From an uncultured Bacteroidia bacterium (GTDB lineage: Bacteria; Bacteroidota; Bacteroidia; Bacteroidales; Prolixibacteraceae), in contig CAINVV010000227.1 in NCBI GenBank assembly GCA_903854235.1, positions 4,065 to 68,064 of the forward strand: a DNA stretch of 64,000 nucleotides. The letters run 5' to 3'. Shown one piece after another: positions 42,740 through 51,267 of the stretch (its first letter is position 1; every line of letters begins with the position of its first letter). A model generated the notes under the pieces. That model made no database searches and was not told where the DNA came from. It saw only the letters and a list, made by a program, of their open reading frames with translations. The translations under genes and the position numbers were made by a program.

Positions 42740-44281
42740 TCAGTGTTTAACGAATTTAACCGGTTTGCTTTCCAAATGCGTTGGACTCAGCGCCGTTACA
42801 ACATATCGGAAACGGGATGGCCTGTATCCTTTTGCTCCATTTAGCAGCAATTTTTGGTAGGAAGTGATGGCAATGATCTTGTTGGGGTGATCGGTATTTT
42901 TACGCTGCAATATTTTATAACGATAAACCACATACAGGCTGTTGTTCTCTTGCCTCTGCCACGACAAAACGATGTTTTTTCCTTCGCGTTGAAGGGTGGC
43001 ATTCCCCGGTTCTGCAGGTATCACAGGATCAATTCTCGGGTTGACAGGAGTTAAGGAAGGAAATTTATAATGCTCATTTAGGAGCTTTTCCCTGATGCCA
43101 AGGGGATTGCTTTTCAGGAACTTGGCACTGAAATACATGCTGCCTTTAATTTCAGTGATGGTTCGGTTTAAACTAAGCTGCCGGTTGATTTCGTCGGAAC
43201 TTCTCCAAGCCGGGTCTTTCGATGCTGGATCGAGCAGATACAAGGCTTGTCCCGTATAAATGTTGCAACCATAACTGTGATCGGCCCACCATTTTACCAG
43301 AATTTTGTAGTCAGCAACCTCTTTCCCAATGTACCAGTAAAGTTGCGGGGTAACGTAGTCGATCCATTTTTCCTGTTGCCATTTGAGGATGTCCGCATAC
43401 AAATCATCGTAATTGGAGACGCCGGCTCTCGTATCAGATCCGTTTGGGTCATTTTTTTTGTTGCGCCATACTCCAAAGGGAGATATGCCGAACTCGACCG
43501 TAGGTCGGATGGCCTTGATGCTGTCGTGCAATTGCTTGATGATAAGATCCACGTTGTTTCGCCGCCAATCCTCCTTTTGCTGGGGACCAAAATTTCCAGC
43601 AAATTTTTTGAAGGACTTATCATCGGGAAAATCAGCTCCGGAGATTTTGTAGGGGTAAAAATAGTCATCGAAATGAATGGCATTGATGTCATAGCGCCTC
43701 ACAAGATCACTGACGACATTGGCAACATGGTTGCGAACAGCAGGAATACCCGGATCAAAATACTTCTTGTTTCCATAGGTAACCATCCACTCGGGATGGG
43801 TATTGACCACATGATTGGGAGCAGCCTTTGTTTTTTCCGTGTTTTGGATGGCCCGGTAAGGGTTGAGCCACACGTGGATATCCAAGCCTCTCTTCCGGCA
43901 CTCTTCAATGGTGAATTGCAGCGGATCGTACCAGGGATCCGGTGCGACACCCTGTTTGCCTGTCAGCCACTCTGACCAGGGTTCAATGGTTGAATAATAA
44001 AGGGCATCTGCATCGGGCCGGATCTGAAAAACAACCGTGTTCAGGTTATAGGCCTTCACCGAATCCAGCAAGGTTATCATTTCGGCTTGCTGTTCGGCTG
44101 TGGTTAAATGGGAACTGGATGGCCAGTCAATGTTCTCGACGGTTGCAATCCATACGGCCCTCATCTCCCGTTTGGGGTATTCCTTGTTTTTGGCTGAAAC
44201 TGTCAATCCAACCATCCATAGAACAATAAATAAGTATTTCAGCTTCTTCACGAGATAGATCTTTAATATATTGTGGTACAA
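42740..44281 (-). CDS. exported GHL10 / UPF0748 glycosyl-hydrolase-like protein (YddW/DigH, YngK family)
   Basis: Signal peptide, then 'EMRAVWIATVENIDWPS' and a TIM-barrel-like pattern ('IHVWLNPYR', 'IHFDDYFYP'). Confidence 0.75.
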   Translation of the reverse strand: MYHNILKIYLVKKLKYLFIVLWMVGLTVSAKNKEYPKREMRAVWIATVENIDWPSSSHLTTAEQQAEMITLLDSVKAYNLNTVVFQIRPDADALYYSTIEPWSEWLTGKQGVAPDPWYDPLQFTIEECRKRGLDIHVWLNPYRAIQNTEKTKAAPNHVVNTHPEWMVTYGNKKYFDPGIPAVRNHVANVVSDLVRRYDINAIHFDDYFYPYKISGADFPDDKSFKKFAGNFGPQQKEDWRRNNVDLIIKQLHDSIKAIRPTVEFGISPFGVWRNKKNDPNGSDTRAGVSNYDDLYADILKWQQEKWIDYVTPQLYWYIGKEVADYKILVKWWADHSYGCNIYTGQALYLLDPASKDPAWRSSDEINRQLSLNRTITEIKGSMYFSAKFLKSNPLGIREKLLNEHYKFPSLTPVNPRIDPVIPAEPGNATLQREGKNIVLSWQRQENNSLYVVYRYKILQRKNTDHPNKIIAITSYQKLLLNGAKGYRPSRFRYVVTALSPTHLESKPVKFVKH

Positions 44282-44383
44282 AAAAATAAGAGCAAAAAAT
44301 GTACAAATTTCTCAGAACCTTAAACTGTCCCAGCATTCTTCTTGTCAGGCTCCAAGTCCTACAGCCCAATAGTTTCTCCGTCT

Positions 44384-45826
44384 CTATTGATAGCTCACCT
44401 CCATGTGCCAGCTCCACTTATCAAAATAGAGGTTTCCCCCTTTCCACTCCACCTCTCCGCGCTGGAAATCATAAGGCTCACTTCGGAAGAATTTCTTGAC
44501 CGGAGTGAAGGGTTGGCTGATATCATCGTTGACAATCAATCGGTAGGCATCGATACTGGTGATGTAAAAATCACGGATCAATGGGTCTGGACTGTCTTGC
44601 AATCCAAACGATTGATCCAGAGGGATCCAGCCGTAACCCTCAAACCATACTTCGCACCAGTCGTGCAGGTTGACGGCTCCCGGATGGAGCATCCATCCGC
44701 TTTGCCATTTGACGGGAATTCCGGCATACCTGGCGAGGGTCATGAAGAGCAGGGTCTGCATCCCACAGTCACCGTGGTGATTTTCAATCACAAATCCGGG
44801 AATGTCAGACATGATGCTGTACTCCAGCGCACTGGCCCAGGTGACTGAATCGTTGATCCAGCGATATATTTTTCTGACCTTAAGCAGTGGATTAGTCTCG
44901 TCTTGTAAAATCCTCTTGGCGAGAGATTTGATCTTGTGATTGAAAATTATTTGAGGAGGTCTTTCTGCAACATAAACTTGATAGAGGAGATCATAGGTCT
45001 GATAGGGCTTCATCATTTCAGGTGTAAGTCGGAAGGACTGAGCAAAAGTAGTAACCTGAATTTCAGAATGGAAAACGGTAGGAAGATGAGCAGAGGTTGT
45101 CTTCTCGAGGTAAAGAGATCTTTGAAAATCTGACACCGGTGAAATCAGACTTTGAGCAGGTTCGGTTAGAATAAGTTTTACCTCTTGCTGCCTCGGGTGG
45201 TTTTCCCTCGGGAAGGGCATCCAGCAACGAATGGTCTCTCCTGCCGGAACGGCATCGGGTGCCACTGTGATGGTATAAGAGAGTTTCATCCTGACCGAAT
45301 TGACGGGTTGACCGGATTGTTTGGTGTTTTGCACAATTTTCGCCAAATCAGCCACCCGGAATTGGGAGATCAAATCCGGCTCATTGCCCTCTTTTTGAAC
45401 TTTCAGCCTTCGGTACAAACTATCCAGTCTGAAAATATTGCCTATACAGTTTTTGAAATAGTATTTTTTACCCTCAATTGTCAGGAAATCGATTTTATGC
45501 TCCTTTTCAAGCCTTAACATTTCTTTGGTATCAAATCCGGCATTGTACTTCTCCATTTTCTGGATGACATCGCTGTCGGTGAGGGTGAAATCCTTTCTGA
45601 TGCGCGACATTGTTTCAAGCAGGGAATCGAGGCGTATATGGTCGGTCACCGGAATCTTATTGGTGCTCCTGAGCTGGGATGCCTCAAAAGCTGCCTCTGT
45701 GAAATTGCCTGCTTTAACCAGGTTTTCAAGGTGAGAAACACCCTTGTCACCGGAACGAATAGTACATCCGGTCAGACAAACATGAAGAAAAAGTGCCAGC
45801 GTCAAAATTCCAAATATACGGGCCAT
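44384..45826 (-). CDS. transglutaminase-like cysteine-protease-fold lipoprotein
   Basis: Lipobox 'LHVCLTGCT'. Intact Cys-His-Asp core 'HHGDCGMQTLLFMTLARYAGIPVKW', 'NLHDWCEVW' and 'WIPLDQS'. Confidence 0.8.
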   Translation of the reverse strand: MARIFGILTLALFLHVCLTGCTIRSGDKGVSHLENLVKAGNFTEAAFEASQLRSTNKIPVTDHIRLDSLLETMSRIRKDFTLTDSDVIQKMEKYNAGFDTKEMLRLEKEHKIDFLTIEGKKYYFKNCIGNIFRLDSLYRRLKVQKEGNEPDLISQFRVADLAKIVQNTKQSGQPVNSVRMKLSYTITVAPDAVPAGETIRCWMPFPRENHPRQQEVKLILTEPAQSLISPVSDFQRSLYLEKTTSAHLPTVFHSEIQVTTFAQSFRLTPEMMKPYQTYDLLYQVYVAERPPQIIFNHKIKSLAKRILQDETNPLLKVRKIYRWINDSVTWASALEYSIMSDIPGFVIENHHGDCGMQTLLFMTLARYAGIPVKWQSGWMLHPGAVNLHDWCEVWFEGYGWIPLDQSFGLQDSPDPLIRDFYITSIDAYRLIVNDDISQPFTPVKKFFRSEPYDFQRGEVEWKGGNLYFDKWSWHMEVSYQ

Positions 45827-45844
45827 TGTTAAAAATATTAAAAA

Positions 45845-48391
45845 TCAGTTAGAATGAAGTTGTCCTTTGCTCTTGTCTGCTGTTGACAGCTCTGTTATCT
45901 TGCAAAAGTGGTAACCTTTTCCGGTGAAAAATTCAAGTAATTCATCGAGATGGTTGTACAATTTATCGGTACGAAGTGGTGAAGTACCAAGATGAATGAG
46001 AAGAAGGGTGCCATTTAATCCATTTTTATCCGAGGATTCAAATTTCTTCAATTTTGTCATTATCTTTTCCGAGCTATTGTAGTTGAGCTGTTCAGGCGTG
46101 GTATAATCCGAGTTGGAACCGATACCGGGTGTGTAGTTGAGGATGGTCAATCCCAATTTGCTTGCCCTGTCAACGATTTCACGGTTGCACCACTCATAGG
46201 GAGGAAGAAAGTAGTTGGCCTCTTTCGTTTGGATCCCAAAAGTCTTCATGGTTTTGTAATTGGCTATCAGGTCATTTGTAAAATCAGCGGAATTCACCAG
46301 GGTTGAATCTCTTTTGATCCAATCGGCATACAGCAGATGCTTGTCTGAATGTGCACCCAGATAGTGACCGTCTGCAATCAGCCTCCTGATCAAATCTGAA
46401 TTTTTGCCATTTCGGTAGAATTCGCCCGTGAAGAAAAAGGAGGCTTTGGCTCCATATTTTTTAAGTGTTTTTTCAATGGTTATACCACCTTCTCCAAATT
46501 CGTGTGCAGAGAAAATCAAGTAAATTTTTTTCTCCTGGCTGTCGAATCTGACGACCGCCCCCTGGCTGTCGAATGATCGTGAGGAGTGACCGGAAATGGT
46601 GTCGGACGCTTCCAGGGAGGAGAGCAGGTAACTCAAACTGGCGGTACCATCCATGGTCGGTTCGTTGGTGGAGTAATCCCCGTTATCGTCGTGATAGACG
46701 GCCCTCCCTCCCTGTAATTCTGCATGGGCATCCGACTTATGAAGCTTGATGCCAAGCAGCGAACCGTAGATCTGTCTGTAAACGGGACCATCTACCAATC
46801 CGCCGTAGGTTGGCTGTTTCATCCAATAGGTGATGGCTGAATGAGGGTCTTTCGGATACTCACCATAAGAAGGCATTCCACAGATCATCGAGGTGCCCCA
46901 AGGATTGCATCCAAATAGCCAGTCAGTAAGAGCGGCTTCCAATTCCTCAAACTGACGGTCTCCTGTAATCAGCCTGTAAAGTCTGGCCTGTGTAGCTGCA
47001 GCGACAACCAGATTGTTGGAGCACCAAATGAAAGGAATACCGATGGGGAAGGGGTCGTTGACCGAAAATTTCTGAAGGGAAGTTAAGCCCTGTCTTAAAT
47101 AGTCCCTGAATTTTTTTGAAAGTAGCGTATCGCCGGACTGAGCCAGTAAGGTATGCCCCAGGTTGACAAAAGGATAATATTGGTAGTGACGGGCGCGATG
47201 AAGTTCCATCCAGGGAGTGACCGGTTCCAGATCTCCCCATTTGGCAGCAGCCAATTGATCCTCGCTGGAATGTGAGATTTGTGCCAGGTTAGCAGCAGCC
47301 AGTTCAAGGTCATCTGCGTAATTCTCCTCTTCATAAAAATAGGGAGAGACTACACAAGCCGTTTGGCAGACTCCTGGATCGGACAAGGCAAATTCCCACG
47401 CTTCGCGGGATTTTCTCTCCAGTTTAACGGAAAGATCCGGGTCGATGTTTTTAAATACTTTTGCGCCCAAAGCAAAGGAGGAGCTGAACTTGGCAGCTAC
47501 TGAGGCGACCCCTGTGGTGCGGTTTCGGTGTTTTCCTGTTCCCTGGGGCTTTCCTGTTACGAAATAGACGGGTCTGAATTTTTTACCCAACCCATAGGAT
47601 ACGGTATCTTGATTGGGAAGCCGGTAGCCCCTGTGATCTCTGTCATCGGCTATCTGGTAATACATTTCATTCCTGGAAGGATTCATTTTCAAAAGCCAAT
47701 CCAGACCCCAGCGGGCTTCATCCAGAATGTCGGGTATTCCGTTCGGACCTGATAGTCCGTTTGCCTGATAATTGTCCTTATAGACAGATGGGTTGCGGAG
47801 ATAGGCGAACAACATTTGGTAGACTGCATTGGCTGAAGTGAGGGTATATTGAAGATAGTCGGAAGCATCGTGCCACCCCCCTGTGACATCTATCCATTTG
47901 CCGCTCTTGGTGGGGTGATCAACAATAATTCCGTCTGCGGTATGACAGGAATCTTTTAGAAACGGATTGAATCCACAACGCTGCTGCCGAAGATAGTTGA
48001 GAACATAGTCTGCCGAACCTCTGTATATGCCGAAGGAGATGGGGAATGGGGGTGAAACTGCGTTACCGGCTTCCAGGTGATATCCTCCCGGTTGTACGAC
48101 AGAAGAAAAATTTAGCCTGAAGGCACTTCTTTGCCCCCATAAAGTGCCATCAGCGGCTTCCGGGACTCCTTTAAAGATGGTTTTGCCCGAAAGATTGTCA
48201 ACCAAAACAAAATTCTTCAACAAAATTCTTTCGTCACTGAGGAAAACCGCTGTTTTTAGCCCTTCCGGGAGATATCCCATTTGATTTACCCTTATTGCAT
48301 CCGCCCCGAAGGCAGGCGAACAAAGGCAAAGAACAGCTATGATGACACCATATATTTTATACATGGAAAGGAGTATTTGTAAGAAAAACAT
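45845..48391 (-). CDS. exported GH9 glycoside hydrolase fused to a C-terminal polysaccharide-deacetylase-like domain
   Basis: GH9 motifs 'VTGGWHDASDYLQY', 'DDRDHRGYR' and 'YHDDNGDYSTNEPTMDGTA'. The C-terminal ~235 aa (about 45848-46558) carry 'GAKASFFFTGEFY', 'GHYLGAHSDKH' and 'YFLPPYEW', which resemble NodB/CE4. An alternative start at 48364 gives 'MYKIYGVIIAVLCLCSPAFGA'. Confidence 0.8.
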   Translation of the reverse strand: MFFLQILLSMYKIYGVIIAVLCLCSPAFGADAIRVNQMGYLPEGLKTAVFLSDERILLKNFVLVDNLSGKTIFKGVPEAADGTLWGQRSAFRLNFSSVVQPGGYHLEAGNAVSPPFPISFGIYRGSADYVLNYLRQQRCGFNPFLKDSCHTADGIIVDHPTKSGKWIDVTGGWHDASDYLQYTLTSANAVYQMLFAYLRNPSVYKDNYQANGLSGPNGIPDILDEARWGLDWLLKMNPSRNEMYYQIADDRDHRGYRLPNQDTVSYGLGKKFRPVYFVTGKPQGTGKHRNRTTGVASVAAKFSSSFALGAKVFKNIDPDLSVKLERKSREAWEFALSDPGVCQTACVVSPYFYEEENYADDLELAAANLAQISHSSEDQLAAAKWGDLEPVTPWMELHRARHYQYYPFVNLGHTLLAQSGDTLLSKKFRDYLRQGLTSLQKFSVNDPFPIGIPFIWCSNNLVVAAATQARLYRLITGDRQFEELEAALTDWLFGCNPWGTSMICGMPSYGEYPKDPHSAITYWMKQPTYGGLVDGPVYRQIYGSLLGIKLHKSDAHAELQGGRAVYHDDNGDYSTNEPTMDGTASLSYLLSSLEASDTISGHSSRSFDSQGAVVRFDSQEKKIYLIFSAHEFGEGGITIEKTLKKYGAKASFFFTGEFYRNGKNSDLIRRLIADGHYLGAHSDKHLLYADWIKRDSTLVNSADFTNDLIANYKTMKTFGIQTKEANYFLPPYEWCNREIVDRASKLGLTILNYTPGIGSNSDYTTPEQLNYNSSEKIMTKLKKFESSDKNGLNGTLLLIHLGTSPLRTDKLYNHLDELLEFFTGKGYHFCKITELSTADKSKGQLHSN

Positions 48392-48408
48392 TCAGCCAAT
48401 CCCATCTT

Positions 48409-48416
48409 CAAAAATA
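48409..48416 (-). promoter_or_regulatory. Bacteroidota-type -7 box (TATTTTTG on the minus strand) in front of the 12-gene array
   Basis: Plus-strand CAAAAATA, 17 nt upstream of ATG 48391. Confidence 0.3.
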
Positions 48417-48442
48417 GCCTAAAAAATGAAAATTACAATATT

Positions 48443-48465
48443 GGTAATACATATTATATGTTACC
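48443..48465. promoter_or_regulatory. near-perfect palindrome GGTA-at-ACATAT-T-ATATGT-TACC (candidate operator)
   Basis: Perfect core 6-1-6 inverted repeat at 48449-48461, flanked by GGTA/TACC. It lies in the divergent GH9-array / murK intergenic region. Confidence 0.4.
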
Positions 48466-48493
48466 TAAAATGTATTAATAAAATATTTATCTT

Positions 48494-48501
48494 TACGTTT
48501 G
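48494..48501 (+). promoter_or_regulatory. Bacteroidota-type -7 box (TACGTTTG) upstream of murK-like gene
   Basis: Matches TAnnTTTG about 168 nt upstream of GTG 48669. Confidence 0.25.
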
Positions 48502-48668
48502 AAAATTATGTTGAGCGGATGCAATCTTGTTAATTATGCAGTTTTCGGGCAAGAAGAGGTTCAATATTTCCTGACCTTGAATTGTATATATTGAGTTAAA
48601 TTGAATCAGCCCGTTTTGTGACATAGTTGATTGCATTGGAAGTATAAAGATAACTTAAAATTGCCGGT

Positions 48669-49514
48669 GTGATATTAATTGCAGATTCTGGATCCACAAA
48701 ATGCGCCTGGAAATTGGTCTTTCCTTCTGGCCGGTTGGTTTCAATTTACACCTCAGGAGTTAATCCGTTTTTCAGATCGACGGAGTCGATTTACGAAGAG
48801 TTAGCGATTGAACTCCTTCCAAAAATTACAGCTACCGTAGGGGATATCTATTTCTATGGTTCCGGAATCCTCAATGAGGAGAAGGCGGATGTAGTCCGAC
48901 TTGCCCTGCAAAAATTATTTCCTGGTGCCAGGATCGAACTCTTCAGTGACGTTGTCGCTGCTTCCAGATCCCTTTTTGGCAACAGCGCAGGAATTGCCTG
49001 TATTCTTGGAACAGGATCCAATGCTTGTTTGTATGATGGTCAGAAGGTGGTTGGCGGAATATCACCACTTGGATTCATCCTCGGGGATGAGGGCAGTGGT
49101 GCCGTTTTAGGGAAGAAATTGCTGGGAGATTTTTTTAAAGAGGTCATGCCGGAGCCACTTCGTAAAAAATTTGCACAAAAATACCAACTTACCAGAGCTG
49201 AAGTTCTTCAAAGGGTATACAAATCAGAGAAGCCGAACTTCTATCTGGCATCTTTTGCCCCTTTTCTCTCAGAAGAATTTTCCTCAGACTATGTCCAACA
49301 ACTGGTAAAAAGCAGTTTGATCGAATTCTTTGAGCGCAATGTCACCAAAATTTCCGGATACGAATCCCACTCCATCGGCTTTGTGGGATCCATCGCTTTC
49401 CATTTCAAGTCGATTGTAGAAGAAATTTGTGAGCGTTATCGCCTTCCTTGTAAAGCGATTCTTCAGGAACCGATGGAAAATTTAGTGAAATACCACCAGA
49501 ACATTATTAATTAA
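48669..49514 (+). CDS. murK: BadF/BadG/BcrA/BcrD-type ATPase, N-acetylmuramic acid/N-acetylglucosamine kinase-like
   Basis: 'ILIADSGSTKCAW', 'ACILGTGSNA' and 'GFILGDEGSGAVLG'. It lies 9 nt upstream of murQ, as in the Tannerella murTKQ arrangement. GTG start. Confidence 0.7.
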   Translation: MILIADSGSTKCAWKLVFPSGRLVSIYTSGVNPFFRSTESIYEELAIELLPKITATVGDIYFYGSGILNEEKADVVRLALQKLFPGARIELFSDVVAASRSLFGNSAGIACILGTGSNACLYDGQKVVGGISPLGFILGDEGSGAVLGKKLLGDFFKEVMPEPLRKKFAQKYQLTRAEVLQRVYKSEKPNFYLASFAPFLSEEFSSDYVQQLVKSSLIEFFERNVTKISGYESHSIGFVGSIAFHFKSIVEEICERYRLPCKAILQEPMENLVKYHQNIIN

Positions 49515-49523
49515 GCCTGAAAT

Positions 49524-50342
49524 ATGAATACCGAAAGTATTACCGAAAAAGATTCGCTATATCACGATTTGGAAAAGATGTCGGTAAAGGAGTTGCTTCA
49601 TCACATCCACGAAGAGGATAAGAAAATACTGCCAGCTGTAGGGGCAGTGATTCCGAAGATTGAAGAGCTGGTAGAGCAGGTATTTCTGAGGATGAAGAAA
49701 GGTGGGCGACTGTTCTACATGGGAGCCGGTACAAGTGGACGTTTGGGTATTTTGGATGCATCTGAGATTCCTCCAACATTTGGCGTGGGCCACGGACTAG
49801 TTATCGGTCTGATCGCGGGGGGTGATAAGGCCATTCGGAAAGCCGTTGAGGCCGCCGAAGATGACGAGGAGGTTGGATGGAAAGAGCTTGAAAAACAGGA
49901 TATTAACGAACTGGATACGGTGGTTGGTATTGCCGCTTCCGGCAGAACTCCCTACGTAGTTGGTGCCGTTAAAAAAGCGAGGGAAAACAAGATCTTGACG
50001 GCCTGCATTGTAAATAATCCCGGCAGTGTCCTTGCTAGAAATGTGGACATTGCCATTGAAGCGATTGTTGGCCCGGAGTTTGTAACAGGAAGTACGCGCA
50101 TGAAATCAGGCACTTCACAGAAAATTATCCTGAATATGATCACTACTTCGGTCATGATCAAGCTGGGCAGAGTGAAGGGGAATAAAATGGTCAATATGCA
50201 ACTTACCAACCAAAAACTCGTGCACAGGGGAACCCGGATGATTGTGAGTGAACTGGGTTACAGTGAAGACAAGGCCAAGAGACTCCTTTTGTTGCACGGA
50301 TCCGTAAATGAGGTTCTTGAGGCAGCTAGAAATGAAAAATAG
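49524..50342 (+). CDS. murQ: N-acetylmuramic acid 6-phosphate etherase
   Basis: SIS-domain motifs 'YMGAGTSGRLGILDASEIPPTFG', 'GIAASGRTPYVVGA' and 'TGSTRMKSGTSQK'. Confidence 0.92.
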   Translation: MNTESITEKDSLYHDLEKMSVKELLHHIHEEDKKILPAVGAVIPKIEELVEQVFLRMKKGGRLFYMGAGTSGRLGILDASEIPPTFGVGHGLVIGLIAGGDKAIRKAVEAAEDDEEVGWKELEKQDINELDTVVGIAASGRTPYVVGAVKKARENKILTACIVNNPGSVLARNVDIAIEAIVGPEFVTGSTRMKSGTSQKIILNMITTSVMIKLGRVKGNKMVNMQLTNQKLVHRGTRMIVSELGYSEDKAKRLLLLHGSVNEVLEAARNEK

Positions 50343-50346
50343 GAAA

Positions 50347-50378
50347 TAAAAAAAGGGAGATCGAATCTCCCTTTTTTT
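50347..50378. terminator. bidirectional rho-independent terminator (murQ / sucD)
   Basis: A8-GGGAGAT-CGA-ATCTCCC-T7. It overlaps the sucD stop codon. Confidence 0.85.
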
Positions 50379-51246
50379 ATTTCATTACCTCTTTAAGTAA
50401 ATCAGGTATTTCACTTGGAATCCTGGCTACCTTGACTCCTACCCGTTCGAAAGCCTTTATTTTTTCTTCGGCAGTACCACTTCCGCTGGAAATAATTGCC
50501 CCGGCATGACCCATGCGTTTCCCGGGAGGTGCAGACTGTCCGGCAATAAACGCAACGACAGGCTTGGTCACGTGATCCTGAATAAACTGGGCAGCGCGTT
50601 CCTCTGCATCGCCACCAATTTCACCTATTAAGACGATCGCTTCTGTTTCAGGATCATCCTGAAACATCTGCAACAATTCCAGATAATAGAGTCCGGCGAC
50701 CGGATCCCCGCCGATGCCCACACAGGTACTCTGACCAATGTTGTTACTCGTAAGTTGGTATACCATTTCATAAGTCAGGGTACCACTACGGCTCATTAAA
50801 CCAACATTCCCTTTCAGAAAGATATTCCCGGGCAAGATGCCCACAAGTGCTGCGTCCGGAGAGATTAATCCCGGGCAGTTTGGACCAATGAGTTTGGTTC
50901 CTTTTTTAACCAGGTAGGGCATTACTTTGACCATATCGAGGGTTGGTACACCTTCCGAGATGGCGATAACCAGTTCAATTCCGGCTTCAGAGGCTTCCAG
51001 AATGGCATCAGCCGCCAGATGAGCCGGCACAAAGATGATAGAGGTGTTGGCCCCTGTTGCTAGGACGGCAGCTTCAACCGTATTGAAGACTGGAATGCCA
51101 TCCACTGTCTGACCGCCTTTCCCAGGGGAGACGCCGGCTACCACATTTGTTCCATAGGCTTTCATTTTGCCTGCGTGAAAACTTCCATCTCTGCCAGTAA
51201 TTCCCTGTACCAATAATTTTGTATTCTGATTGACTAAAATGCTCAT
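50377..51246 (-). CDS. sucD: succinate--CoA ligase subunit alpha
   Basis: '[12 protein letters not shown]', 'SRSGTLTYE' and 'MGHAGAII'. Confidence 0.95.
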   Translation of the reverse strand: MSILVNQNTKLLVQGITGRDGSFHAGKMKAYGTNVVAGVSPGKGGQTVDGIPVFNTVEAAVLATGANTSIIFVPAHLAADAILEASEAGIELVIAISEGVPTLDMVKVMPYLVKKGTKLIGPNCPGLISPDAALVGILPGNIFLKGNVGLMSRSGTLTYEMVYQLTSNNIGQSTCVGIGGDPVAGLYYLELLQMFQDDPETEAIVLIGEIGGDAEERAAQFIQDHVTKPVVAFIAGQSAPPGKRMGHAGAIISSGSGTAEEKIKAFERVGVKVARIPSEIPDLLKEVMK

Positions 51247-51267
51247 ATCTTTTAAATAAGGTGGTTC

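Noticed and set aside
43452-43459. A8/T8 homopolymer tracts inside coding regions (GHL10 gene here; also 17820-17827, about 18266 and about 31714), which could be slipped-strand phase-variation sites.
   Set aside because: They encode Lys-Lys(-Asn) runs, which are typical of AT-rich codon usage. The tracts are short and all the frames are intact.
43247-43975. 242-aa plus-strand ORF antisense to the GHL10 gene. Similar long antisense ORFs occur at 37298-37936, 39770-40339, 51751-52419, 54786-55496, 60791-61453 and 1360-1944.
   Set aside because: These are shadow ORFs opposite strongly recognisable genes. Their translations are low-complexity or arbitrary with no family motifs, and none has its own intergenic start context.
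48519-48636. 8-bp inverted repeat ATGCAATC / GATTGCAT flanking about 100 bp in the murK upstream region, which could mark an invertible promoter.
   Set aside because: It is too short to be significant in a region of this size, and no site-specific recombinase is encoded nearby.
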